NCBI GenBank assembly: GCA_044892525.1
Contig: CM097888.1
Span: 15,500,001-15,564,000 of the forward strand
DNA length: 64,000 bases
Source of the DNA: Schmidtea polychroa
Lineage: Eukaryota
Direction of reading: 5' to 3'
Numbering within the stretch: the stretch's first letter is position 1; every line of letters begins with the position of its first letter. Under the pieces are notes generated by a model, which saw only the letters and a list, made by a program, of their open reading frames with translations, ran no database searches and was not told where the DNA came from. This document shows positions 13,519-25,508 of the stretch, piece by piece. The position numbers and the translations under genes were made by a program.

Positions 13519-16500
13519 TCAATCTATACTAAATACAGCACCAGATTTCAATAAATCTTCAATTCTTTCGCTTTTATAATTTAGCACACTATTCAAAATT
13601 TGTCTGGTGTGTTCACCATGTTTTGGAGGTTTAGAAGGGTTTCCGGAGATATTCCACGATGAACTTCTAAAAGGAAATCCTGGAACAGATACTTGACCAC
13701 TTGAAATTTTCCAAGAATTAATTAATGTATCCGACAAAAATTGAACCTAAAAATTTATAAATCCTTTCAAATAACACCAACTGAAATAAATAATTAATTA
13801 TTTCTAATTTTTGTAATCGGTTAACTTTGGAGCTATATAATTTTTGCATTATTAGTTATAGTTACATTCTACTCCTATACAAATTTTAAATTAAGACGTG
13901 TTTTATACTAAAAATCAACAGGGGTGAACAAATTGGAAATCTAAAAGCTAAATATAATAATAAAATTAAGTAAGCAAGTAAAGTAGAACAAGAGTGGAAA
14001 AAACAAAATAAGAAGAGCTTTAAACACCATTGACATTTGGTGAATTAAAAAATGATTTAAAATTTTCCAAAATATCATCAAACTCGTTCTCATAGAATAT
14101 AAGTATTAAGTCAGAATTCTAGTGGCTCAACATTGACTATCGTCGAAGGTACTGAATAGTATTATATATACATACACATCAAAGCACATACATTATGAGC
14201 AGTAAAGCCAAAAATGAAGGTTTACTATAAGATATAAGAAATTTATATATAGAAAAAATATAAAATAAAGACCAAAATTATGGATGATCGCCATAAACTA
14301 AGCACATTTATTATTGAAAAGTAGAAAAATAATTTTAGTGAGAAACATAAAATACAAACAAATATACATTACAACCAGTGCTTCTCAAATTTTTTTTGTG
14401 TCCCGGACCGATTATTTTTTCCTAATCCAAAAACATAAATTTTAATTAGTAATATTTATTAAAAGTAACAAATAAACAATATAAAAAAATTATTAACGAA
14501 TACACTAATGTGACGATGTGCTTGTTTGTGCAATTGTAAATATTTTAACGCTTAAAAATAAAATAAAAGTTACAAAAATGTTATATACCAAAGCGCAAAA
14601 AGTATGTGATACAAGTCTTGGCGCTTGAGAGTCGACTTAATCGAATATCTAGGGTTTATGACATATTCATAGCACAGTCTTTTTCAAAACGCAGTCACAA
14701 CTATTTTCTTTTACCGCCCGTAGTTTATTTGTGTCCATTGTTCTGACAATTCCGACGCGTTACATTTAGAAAACAATCGCGATCACTGTGTCCTTGTAGT
14801 TGGCATTTGTTTTCGTCTTTTCTTGCCCTTTCGATGTGAGCTTTCTCTTTTGTTTTATTGTTTTCATTTCTTATGTTGTACGATTCTTTTGATTTGTTGT
14901 ATTTCCTTCTGGATCTTTTCTCCGCATTTCTTGTTCGTTGTAATGAATAAATGCACTATAATAAATCATTTACAGACATTTTTAGAAATTTTAGAAAAAA
15001 ATGACCGAAAAAATTTGACGAAAATTCCAAAAAATCAACTTTGAGTTGTATAGATAATAAAGACATTATTTCGTAAGATTTATCTTCAATTTTTAATAAA
15101 TTTAATATTAGTTTTTTTTCATAGAACATGAAAAAATTCGACTAATTAATGCCTTTAAAAATGTTTATTTATATTTAAAAATATATCTGACTTACACTAT
15201 ATCGAAATAATTCCAAATAACTTCATAAAATTTCATAAAAATCCTAAAAAAATCCTGAAATTTAATTATAATAATCTATATGGATCTATAATCTATATGG
15301 ATCAAAATCCAAGCCTTAAAGTTTACTTTAAATAAAAAAATTACTTGAAAGCCATTTCTAAAATTGCTAAATACAAATAGTTAAAATAGTTAAATTTGTA
15401 ATCTGGATACATGCAGTTAAATCAACTCCAAAAAGTTTCATCACAAATAATGACGCATCTATAATTGGTTGTACATACCACCCCATATTATAGATGCGTT
15501 TATTCAGTGCAAACGGGTGTAAAGTTATTAAATTTCGGAACATTAAATTTCTACACACTAAATTTATTGATTTTCTTTAGATTATAGAAGTTACTAAATT
15601 TCGAAATTCGGTGTACATCAATATGTTAAATGACACATGTTGTGATTAGTACTAACATTTAAAAAAAATGTAGCAAGGATAATAACTAAAACTATGTCGA
15701 GAACATTTATTTAGACATTTATTCTCAGTACCATATCTAATACTTGTAACAATAACTAATATATAATGTTTATTTATTAGTCATATGCGTAGATTTCTCC
15801 TTATTTTCGGTGCAGTGTTCACTGTTTTTAGAATAGTGTAATTTTAATTTTGCTAACAATTTTAATATAAGCCCCGCTTGATCTTGAGGCCTTAGACTGG
15901 AACCTAGATAGCCTATAAGAAAATCCGGGCTTGCTGACAATACTAAACCGAATTAGGTATTAGTATAACTAATGCTAATTAAAAATTTTTAATTTTCATT
16001 TACGCAATAACAATAAGATAAATAATATAGATAGCTAAATAAAAAAGTAGGTACTATCAAAGTATCGTAATATATTTATTTAATATATAAAAGTACGCCA
16101 CAGCTGTCCCTTCGACCCTCTTAACATCCGATTTGTCTGTGGGAACCTATTTGGTTTCAAGTAACATAAAGAGCTTGAGCAATGATATTATATTTTTATG
16201 AGATCAAAATACAAACATTTAAGTTATGTATTTTAAAACTACTTAACCAGAAGCCGTTTTTCAAATAAATATCTAAAGATCAACGTTATTCTAAAAAATG
16301 CGGTGCACTATATTCTCAAAATCTGTGATGTAATCTTTATGGTTCTTACTATACTCATGACTTCTTACAAATAAATGATTACTTGCTCATTTTTAAAAAC
16401 ATCTTTCAAATTGTTAACAGGACCATTAGGCAAGGTACTTTTCTGAAACAACTTGACCCAATATTCCAATGTATTATTGGAAAATTTTTCTTCTAGTATT

Positions 16501-18651
16501 CTATCAAGCTCTTCTCTATTATTTACTCGTTTAGAATTTGTTAAAAATCGTTCATTACTCGCAATTTCCGGCATTTGAACTGTTGCGCATAATTCTTTGA
16601 ACTGGTTATCATTTCCAGCACCAATAATAAAATATCGATGATCGGATGTTAAATATGCACGATAAGGCACAAGGGTACTATGTGAGGTACCGATTCTTGA
16701 AGATTCAATATTATCTAGAAAGTGGAATTATATCTCATGTTTTAATTTATAATTTTCATATAAATCTCTGATTCTCAACCCGAAATCCACAAAACTATGT
16801 GAAAAAATATGGTGGATATAATAACAAAAAAACGTAATAAATTCTAATTAGATGCTGGTACGCATTAACTCAAGTAATTGAATCATGAATAAATAATTTA
16901 AAATATTCTTTTATGCGTTTGGCACGTCACGAATTTATGTTTTAGTAGTGAAGTGTTAAAGATTCAACCGTAACAACTGCAACAAAATGACAAATAGTCT
17001 ACATTCCACTCTTCGTGAAACTATATAAATATTCTCGTTGAAGCACAAAGTCGTTCACCTTAAGAACTAATAAGGAATCCTTATAATTTTATCAGATTTG
17101 AAGTACTAAAAATATTTAATCGTACTCATTTTATCGTAGCCCTTGAAATATTAAAATGTAACTCAAAGATTCTCTTATAACTATATGGAAAAGAACTTCT
17201 TATCACTATTTCATTAGCATTGAAAACAATGAACTACCAAATTCATGCACTATTGTCTGTTATCGATATGGTAAAAATACAATTTATTTCGACGGCACTT
17301 CGTTGACTATGAAAAAAATTGATCAAACTAGAAATTTTTCTTATCAATTGAAAAAAGAGATGATACAAGAGAATTTCAACCATAGGAAAGTATTATACTT
17401 TCTAATTAAGCAAAACGAGAACACCAACTGATTCCTGACAATTCTAAGACCCTTCAGGATGATAAAATCTCAAAAAGTTCAAATTGCCTTCAAATATGTG
17501 AAAAACCAAATATCTTCACGATTACACAATTGAACATCAAACAATTATTCCAGGCCCCGACTTGTTTATCACATTTTCCAATTTCTTAAATCACGAAAAA
17601 AATAGATCGTTTAATAAGCTTTTTATCTATGACTCAAAAAAGTTATAAAATTGTTCCTTATATACAAGTATCAAAACCGAAGAAATTAGTCATTTAGTCA
17701 TGCATTGTAGTGCTACTATCAAAATGGGACATAAAAACAAAACCAAATGAAAAATTATTCAAATGTGAATGGCGTTTCAAAAGAGACGTATAAACTCCTG
17801 ATTTAGCAAGCAAATTTACAAAGGATTAAAGCTTGCTAAATTAGCTGTCATTCGAAATGGTCCTAAGGTATTTTGATTGTAATATATTCCGTCAAAAATA
17901 TTGAGATTAATGTAATTTTTCGTTACGGATCCAATATTCGACAAAAAATAGAATTAAATTTAGAAGATAATAGTAATTGTATTTATTAGAAATTTTTTGA
18001 CTATGAATCAGTAAAGATATCGATGTTTTATATAATCACGAATTTTCGGCACATGTCTTTTAAGTGATTTTGAACATTATCTATTGAGAATACAGAGAAA
18101 AATAAATATATTCTGTATTTTATATTATTGTTTGTCAATTTTAATTTTAATATCTAATTTTAAATTTTAACATGTTTTAAACGAATGTCCTTGAAATTTA
18201 ATTTAATTTAGTTGAATGTTGATGGAGGGTTTGTTTTTTGATAAAAAGACTTTCTGCGGTTAATCTTTGTAATGTATTTTCGAACGCATCTTGTAATAAT
18301 TGGTATTTTATTTTGTGTACTAATGGTGATGATTTGTGTACTTTTTTCCAGTGTTCGTAGTATTTGCTGGTTTTGTTTTTGATGTGTTCATTGATGCATG
18401 GCCGTTCTTAGTTGGTGGAGCGATTTATTAGGTTACTTCCGATAACGAACGAGAGGTCTGTGATGCCCTTAGATGCCCGGGGCCGCACGCGCGCTACAAT
18501 GGCAGTACTAACAAGTTTTCCTAACTAGAAATAGTGGGGTAATCTCTTGAGACACTATCGTATCAGGGATTGTGAATTATGATTATTTCACATGAACGAG
18601 GAATTCCTAGTAAGCGCATATCACTAGCTTGCACTGATTACGTCCGTTCCT

Positions 18652-18684
<33 letters not shown>

Positions 18685-21600
18685 AATGTTCATGAACGGC
18701 GTTGCAAGTTATTTGATACACAATGTTTTTTGAGAAGCAAAAACATTTGGTAGAGGAGTGGCATGAACAATATCGACTAAATTGATCTGATATTAGAGAT
18801 TTTTGAGATTACCGAAGTTGTGATTTAAAAGATACAGCGGTGGTAAAGGTTGGGCGAACAAAAACTGGTAGATTCGTATTGTGGATGTAAGATCTGATTA
18901 TATTACATGTTTTTTTGTTTAAGAAAGGGAAGCCTAAGTATATTACTGGTTTGTTAACATGTTCTTTTTGTGTATTGTGATTATTGGAGCTATATTCATT
19001 TAAAAAGTATTTTTTTTACGAACTATTTTGGGAATCCATTTTGCGAAAAACGTGATTTGAAGTTTTCCAGGGGTTCTTGTTTTTTATTTATGTCAGAACA
19101 GTTCATTATTACTTTTCTCTCTCCTACTAATACACCAAAGCGCATTTGATTATCATAAATGAGACATTCATTTAGCAATGTCAAATGAGTTTTGTTTTGG
19201 ATTTTAGTTAAATTTTAAGTGTTTTTGTTTAAATAATGAATAAAGAAGTAAAATATTTATTTATTTATTTAAATATACATTAAATTTTTCATAGTTCACC
19301 TAAAATATCCAGTTTCTTCAAGCATTTAGGGAAGAATCTTTAATATGATTTTTGAAATTACTATGATATGGTTTTCGAAATTCCTCGTTAACTGCTTGGT
19401 ATATGGCAGTAAATCTTTCATTGAAGGTAAATCTGTCTGCTAAATCCATCAGCCGAAGAAACTTTAATCCTTACCCTATTTTTAATTTTGCTAAACACTT
19501 TCGATGGGGTTCAAAAATGGATTATATGGCATTTTTTCAATTTGAACAGTCAATGAAGATATATTATCGTGAATGGATTAGCTCATCTTTGGATATTGGT
19601 ACCTCGATTTGTTGGCATATTGTTATAAATTCTATCCTACTCGTGATCTACCGAATCTTTTGTTCGTCCATGTATTGAAGAGCATTCATCTATGAATTTA
19701 TTGAAATGAATATCTCGATTCTGATGAAGTTTCTGACATTCTCGTATATTTTTTTATAATTAATTAATTTTAAATTGAATTTTTTAGCTAATTGAATGTC
19801 CGTATGATAAATCAATGTCGAACCGTGTTTGTATGTATTTATTTATTTTTCTTCCAACAGCGATTTTTTCTATCTTTCTATAGTGTAATTGCTAATTCAA
19901 TGTCACACCTGGCTATGACACACACACACACACACGCACGCAATAAGTTGAATAAGTTAATATTTATATTATTAAATTTGCAAATCAATGTCCATTCGAT
20001 GATAATCAATTGTCGGTTGGTGTAGATCTGATTTTTTGTTGAAGTGAAACGTGACTTTCCCAAGTAAGAATATGTCCACTGTGTAGACTTTTAGTAAATA
20101 AATCTGTGTTGAAAGTGAGTGTGTCTTGGCCTACAGATTAACTTATCATGGTATCTAAAATAGAAATTTCGCCTTCTGCGTTAGGTAGTTCAAGAGTGAA
20201 TTGTATATTTGTGTTTGTGGAGTTTGCATGTGATAAGATGTTGAGATGTACTGTGGAGACTATGAAAAAGTCATCAATATATCTCTTCCACATTAGAATT
20301 TTATCTCCAAAAAATTATCTAATCTTAGTTTCTCTATGGTTCGTGTAAAAAATGGGCGAAAGGTTATCCATGAAAAAAATTTGGACTGATTATGTGCGAA
20401 TTATCACTATCAAAAAAAAATGCCACTAGAATGTCAGAAGAATTGAAAATTCAGTTAAATTATCTTATGACGTAAGTAAAGAACATGATAAAAGAAATGA
20501 ACTTGTTTGAAATTTTATGAAACCATAAAGATAATTTGGAAAATTTATAAATAACAATAATGACAAATATTCAACAGTATTAGAATATGAAAAAAGCCTT
20601 TCAATAAACAAAATCCAAACATCGTAAAGTGATACCCCTAAAAATGATTTGTTTTTAAAAATAATCAAAATTGTTATAAATAATATAAATGATTTATAAT
20701 TCAAAGTGGAATAATGATCAAAATGATCGAATAGAAATAAGAAATAGATTCATTACCTGTAAGATAATTAGCTCCAATGTGAAAGAGCATACTGATTTGA
20801 GTGCTCAATAAATTACAATCGAGATGACAGCCACCATTTTTAACTCGGCTGATCAAACCAGATAAAATGGACGTTAAACTTACCATGCCTGTCATTAAAT
20901 CAGTGACTGCAACACCTACGCGACACGGTGGACCATTTTCCGATCCAGTAATATTTAATAATCCACCGACTCCAGCAACTACAACATCATAACCAGGACG
21001 ATGTGCCATAGGCCCTTTTTGACCAAACCCTTAAAAATTTATTTAGTCTTATTATTAAATGAACTTGTTTGAAATGTTATGAAACCACAAAGATAATTTT
21101 ATTCAGAATTCTTTAAAAATTGCCATTTTATATTTCAAAAATCTCAATGACTCCTGGAATTTAAACGGTTAATGTACAACTAAATTAAACGTACATTTAA
21201 TATAACATTTAGTTACAATTACACCGTATATAATTTGTATATAAACTATATAAACTGTATATAATTTGACATTGGTTTTTTTATGCGCACACAGACGCGA
21301 GCAGTGTAATTTAAAAAGATTATTATTGAGTTTTTGAGGTCAGTTTGGAGCTTTTTCGGATTTCATTGGAATTTTGGAGTGATATCGAATTTTTAAGTTT
21401 TGTGATTTGGTGTTCTAGAAGGATTTTTGAAAATAAAATTTCTTTAATGGCTTCGATTAATACAGATGATTACTATTATCATAAATGCAACAGGAACGTT
21501 CACATATCTCAGAATGGTAAATGTGTGACGTGCAATGATGGATTTATTGAAAGAATTGAATCGGATAACTCAATGGAAAGTGATGATGATGCCTTGAATG

Positions 21601-24507
21601 TTTTTCATATTATTTGTCATATTCCTGGTGGAAGTACTACAAACGAAACTGATGGTTCCTTTTTTATTACTCCAAGAGATCCTGATAACTTTAATAGTGT
21701 TTTTGGCCAACTAATATCAAATTTATTTGTTGGATTGCTGCCGCAGAATTTTAGATCAGATTCGCCAGATTACATATTTTCAGATCAAAGTTTCGACAAT
21801 TTTGTAACGAGTATTATGAATCAATTTGAACAGAGTGGTCCTCCACCAGCAAATGAGGCAGATATTGAGAAATTACAAGTCAATAAAATCACCGCAGCTA
21901 ATGATACAGGTTCCATTTGTCTGTCAGATTATGAGGTGGCCGATGAAGTGTACGAGTTGGCCTGTCAGCATAGATACCCTGTTCAGTGTCTAAAAGGGTG
22001 GTCAATTAAACATGTCGAATGATGTATATATTACGAAGTTTGAAAAAAATCGAAGGTTTTTGACCCTTTGAAAGTTGAGGACACACCTTAGACCGTCGAG
22101 GATATAACCATTGGATAGAGCTCTTCAAGACCTTTCAAATGATAGACTTGGTCGGCGGTTTGAGCTTATAGAACCTTTGGAATTTCAAATTTAAAAATAC
22201 GATGAGTCATGCCAGGGGTGATGAGTCATATGTCTTTGTTCCCGGCTCCTAACTGTAAACCAGGCTTGTCCAACCCGTAGCACGAGGGCCACATGCGGCC
22301 CAAGACTGATATGAATGCGGCCCAACGACAAATCGTAAACTTCCACAAATTATGAGTGATTTCGGCTGCAAATACCATTAATAACACTAAAAATAAAACT
22401 TCAATTTAATGAAGCTATTAATTTATAATAATTCATAAAATTATTCTCAAACAATTTCTTATCATTCTGTTAGTGCTGTTGCGTTTAATCTTCAATATGC
22501 TCTTGTACCAGTGTTGCACTTGTACCACGGGATTTTTAAGTCTAAAGCACGCGGTTACTCGCTTTTCTGATATCTGGCAAACAGGCAGTGCTATCGTTTC
22601 AGTACAAATTTTTTAGTAATCTTAAAACCTGTTAATAAATTTTAGAATTTGATACAACGAAATTATTTTTATTTGATTTATTTACTTATTGATAATACAC
22701 TGTCAGCTACGAAATTATCCGTTAAATTTAACCATCATTATTATAGGCTAACTTTGCTTTCCGATTTAATACAGGAGTTTGAGAATAGGTTCCAAGATCT
22801 CCGGAAAAATGATCTACTTTTTGGTATATTCGCGACTCCTTTTTCAGTAGAAATTAACTCATTACCAGCCAATTTTCAAATAGAATGCATAGAGTTACAA
22901 TCTGACATTCAACTTAAAGAAAAATGTCATCGACTCTCTTTACTCAACTTTTATAAGATATATCTTCCCAAAGAAAAATATCTCTCGCTTCACAACCATG
23001 CCCTATTTATGTCATCGTTATTTGGAAGCACCTACATTTGTGAGCAGTTATTTTCACGGATGAAGCACAAAAAGAATAAAAATAGAACGAAACTATCTGA
23101 TGAGCACCTTGAGCAATCACTAAGAATTGCAACTACTTCCATCGAAGCAAATATTGACGCATTAGTATATCAAAAACAAAGTCAAGTGTCTCACTAATTT
23201 CTGAATTTGGTTTTGTCTTTTACTTTTGGAATAAGAAATTAATAATTATATAAAATACATAAATATTTTAACTATATAACATAAATTTTATTTTCTCATC
23301 AGCCATTATTAGTGTAAGTGAATTTTTTTTGTGTGGCCCAAAACAACTCATCTTGTGTCTAATGTGGCCCAGGGAAGTTGAAAGGTTGGGCACCCCTGAT
23401 GTAACCCATGTTATAGATGCGTTTATTCAGTGCAAACGGGTGTACTGTTTCGGCCGATTTTTGTGTGTTTTTGACTTGTGATGGTTTGTTGTGTTTTCGC
23501 GTGTGTGGGCTGAGTATGTCGAGTTTTTATTTTCGCATGCTGCTGATTGGTGTATATTAACCAACAAATCCTACCAAATAGAATTTTATGATTTCTTTGT
23601 CAAGATAAAAATTTTGAATCGTAGCAATAAAATGATTATCAATTCGAAGTTTATTTTTTCAAATGGGAACTTCTATTCAGGCATCCGAGGCTTTTAGATA
23701 TTAATAATTTCACTGATTCGGAACATCACGCAACAATGCATATGATTCCACTGTTCTTACAGTCTGAAATACTGTGACAACAATTATTACTCCTCTTGCA
23801 TTGCATATTCGAAATTTACGTTTCAGGCCCACTCCAAAATACGAAACTATTTAATTCACTTAAAATAACCGGTTTACAAATCTTTGCAAAATTCAATAAA
23901 TCCGATCCAATTCAAGACATCAAATTATCACTTGGCTCTCACATCAATAGTAAATGATTTCAAGTATTATAATCAATTCGAAAATCAATACGAAATTATA
24001 ATTTTAAATTAATTTTTCATAATTCAAATATAAAACGTCAAATATAAAATTCAGATATAAATAATGAAAATTTCTTAAGAAAAATGTAATGATTATTTGT
24101 GAGATAAATATTATTCTAGTTAAATAATTCTTACCAGTTATTGAACAGTACACGAGGTTCGAATTCAAGCTTTTCACCGAATCATAATCCAAATTGTACT
24201 TTTTTAAAGTTCCAGGTAAAAAATTTTCAATTAATACGTCACATTTTGGAATGAGGTCTTCAATAACTTTTTTACCATCGTTATTTTTAAAATTTACAGC
24301 CACACTCGATTTATTTCTATTAACAGACCAAAAATAAAGAGAATTTTCCTCAGCAAATGGTGGTCCCCATAACCGTGTTTCATCACCTTTAATTGTATCT
24401 TCTATTTTTATAATTTCAGCTCCCATGTCTCCAAGTAGCATTGAACAAAATGGACCTGCTAGAACACGAGATAAATCTAGAACTCTTATTCCTTTTAAAG
24501 GAAGCAT
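13519..24507 (-). CDS. SUGCT: Succinyl-CoA:glutarate CoA-transferase-like (CaiB/BaiF family III CoA-transferase), 4 exons, 401 aa
   Basis: Exons 24507-24135, 21029-20757, 16714-16383 and 13746-13519 (373+273+332+228 = 1206 nt, phases compatible, GT-AG). Motifs GIRVLDLSRVLAGPFCSMLLGDMGAEIIKIE, SITGFGQKGP...PGYD, GVAVTD, GTSHSTLVPY, PPKHGEHT. Confidence 0.92.
18395..18688 (+). pseudogene. 18S rRNA gene fragment (3-prime third) with an internal deletion
   Basis: Conserved 18S blocks GCATGGCCGTTCTTAGTTGGTGGAGCGATT, GATAACGAACGAGA, GGTCTGTGATGCCCTTAGATG, GCACGCGCGCTACA, CATGAACGAGGAATTCC and TTGTACACACCGCCCGTCGCTACTACCGATTGAATG. Lies in SUGCT intron 2 with no other rDNA nearby. Confidence 0.9.
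19300..19800 (-). mobile_element. Degraded Tc1/IS630-like transposase remnant
   Basis: Minus strand near 19534-19470 reads MPYNPFLNPIESV.SKIKNRVR, matching the C-terminal PYSP.LNPIE..W/FS.+K motif of DD34E transposases; frameshifted. Confidence 0.55.
21447..22022 (+). pseudogene. RNF126/RNF115-like RING-H2 E3 ligase, intronless and degenerate, nested antisense in SUGCT intron 1
   Basis: N-terminal zinc ribbon YYYHKCNRNV...CVTCNDGFIE, then DYIFSDQSFDNFVTSIMNQFEQSGPPPA. RING reads GSICLSDY...LACQHRYPVQCLKGWS, with ligand substitutions and no final CxxC. Confidence 0.7.
22023..22254 (-). mobile_element. Solo terminal fragment of a related Polinton family
   Basis: Reverse complement begins AGTTAGGAGCCGGGAACAAAGACATATGACTCATC; the AACAAAGACATATGACTCATC block is identical to the left TIR of the full element (~32189-32209). 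Confidence 0.55.
22261..23398 (+). mobile_element. Internally deleted hAT (Buster/SPIN-type) transposon
   Basis: TIRs CAGGCTTGTCCAAC / GTTGGGCACCCCTG, subterminal GCGGCCC/GTGGCCC motifs, degenerate nnnTAnnn TSD (CTGTAAAC / ATGTAACC). Confidence 0.85.
22649..23197 (+). pseudogene. C-terminal fragment of Buster/SPIN (GTF2IRD2-like) hAT transposase
   Basis: FQIECIELQSD...FGSTYICEQLFSRMKHKKNKNRTKLSDEHLEQSLRIATT...KQSQVSH; catalytic N-terminal half absent. Confidence 0.85.
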
Positions 24508-24882
24508 AGCAATCTGATTACAAGTTAACTAATAAATAATTTATCTTTCAAAAGTATTACATTGAATTATATAATTTCAATTTATTTCAAATAAATCACT
24601 AAAATTTTCAAATTATTTCGTATTTTTAAAAAATAAAAAACAATTAAAATTAAATTAAAAATAATCAAGTTGGAATATTTCAAAAATATTGAGAACGAGT
24701 AAATTTAAATATCATAGTTAAACAAAAGTTTTCTAGGCCAATGAATTTTTTTTCTTATAATAATTTGTTATTAATTTAAGATTTTTATCTAAATCTGATT
24801 TGTTATGAGTACAGTCGCTAGATTCGGACAGCAGTTGATATACTCCAAGTACAATGGTTAAAAGACATATATACTTGAAGAA

Positions 24883-25508
24883 TAAGGTGACCAGATTTTT
24901 AGATGGACAAAGCGGGACAACTTTGAAGGAGGTGGTATCAACAAAAATTTTCATATAGAATAAAAATAATATAAGTACAATTATAAATATAAAAAATGGT
25001 ATAATATTTTATTTCTTGACATACTATAAGTTTGATTAACTTAAAATATTTGCAAAATTTTATTTTTATATTTCTTTCTAAAATTTCTTTTAAGATTAGG
25101 GTCAGCGATATACTTTTTGTTATCAATATACAATTAAAGACTACGAGTATTTTAAGCTAAGTTTAAGAAAATTTATGTATTTATGAAATATACAAATAAA
25201 CTACTTCCCTTAATTTTGTATGGTAAGTAGCAGATTTGTAATATTTATTTGTTTAATTAGCTTCATAGCACGCAGTACGAACACGAAGTGTATTATCCGA
25301 GAAACAAATACAATGTAACTGGGTAAGAAAAGCAATATGTTAGTCTTAGTAGTCCGTAGGATTTTTAGAATGCAAAACAATGATTTTCAAAAATATAAAA
25401 TTTAACTTAATTCTAAAAGTGGGGACTTTTGAAAAACGTTGTGAGACGCGGGATAAATCGTGATAAATCGGGACTGTCCCACCAAAAGCGGGACGTCTGG
25501 TCACCTTA
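24883..25508. mobile_element. hAT MITE (Blackjack-type), 626 bp
   Basis: Perfect 13-bp TIR TAAGGTGACCAGA / TCTGGTCACCTTA, perfect 8-bp TSD TTGAAGAA (24875-24882, 25509-25516), subterminal GCGGGAC motifs. Confidence 0.92.

Noticed and set aside
14375-14420. Isolated hAT-like ends (CAGTGCTTCTCAAA at 14375, CAGTGTTTCCC at 24, GGATCCACCACTG at ~61062)
   Set aside because: No partner end or TSD found, so boundaries cannot be supported.
18395-18688. Functional rRNA gene
   Set aside because: Only ~290 nt, internally deleted, no ITS/5.8S/28S, and lies within an intron.
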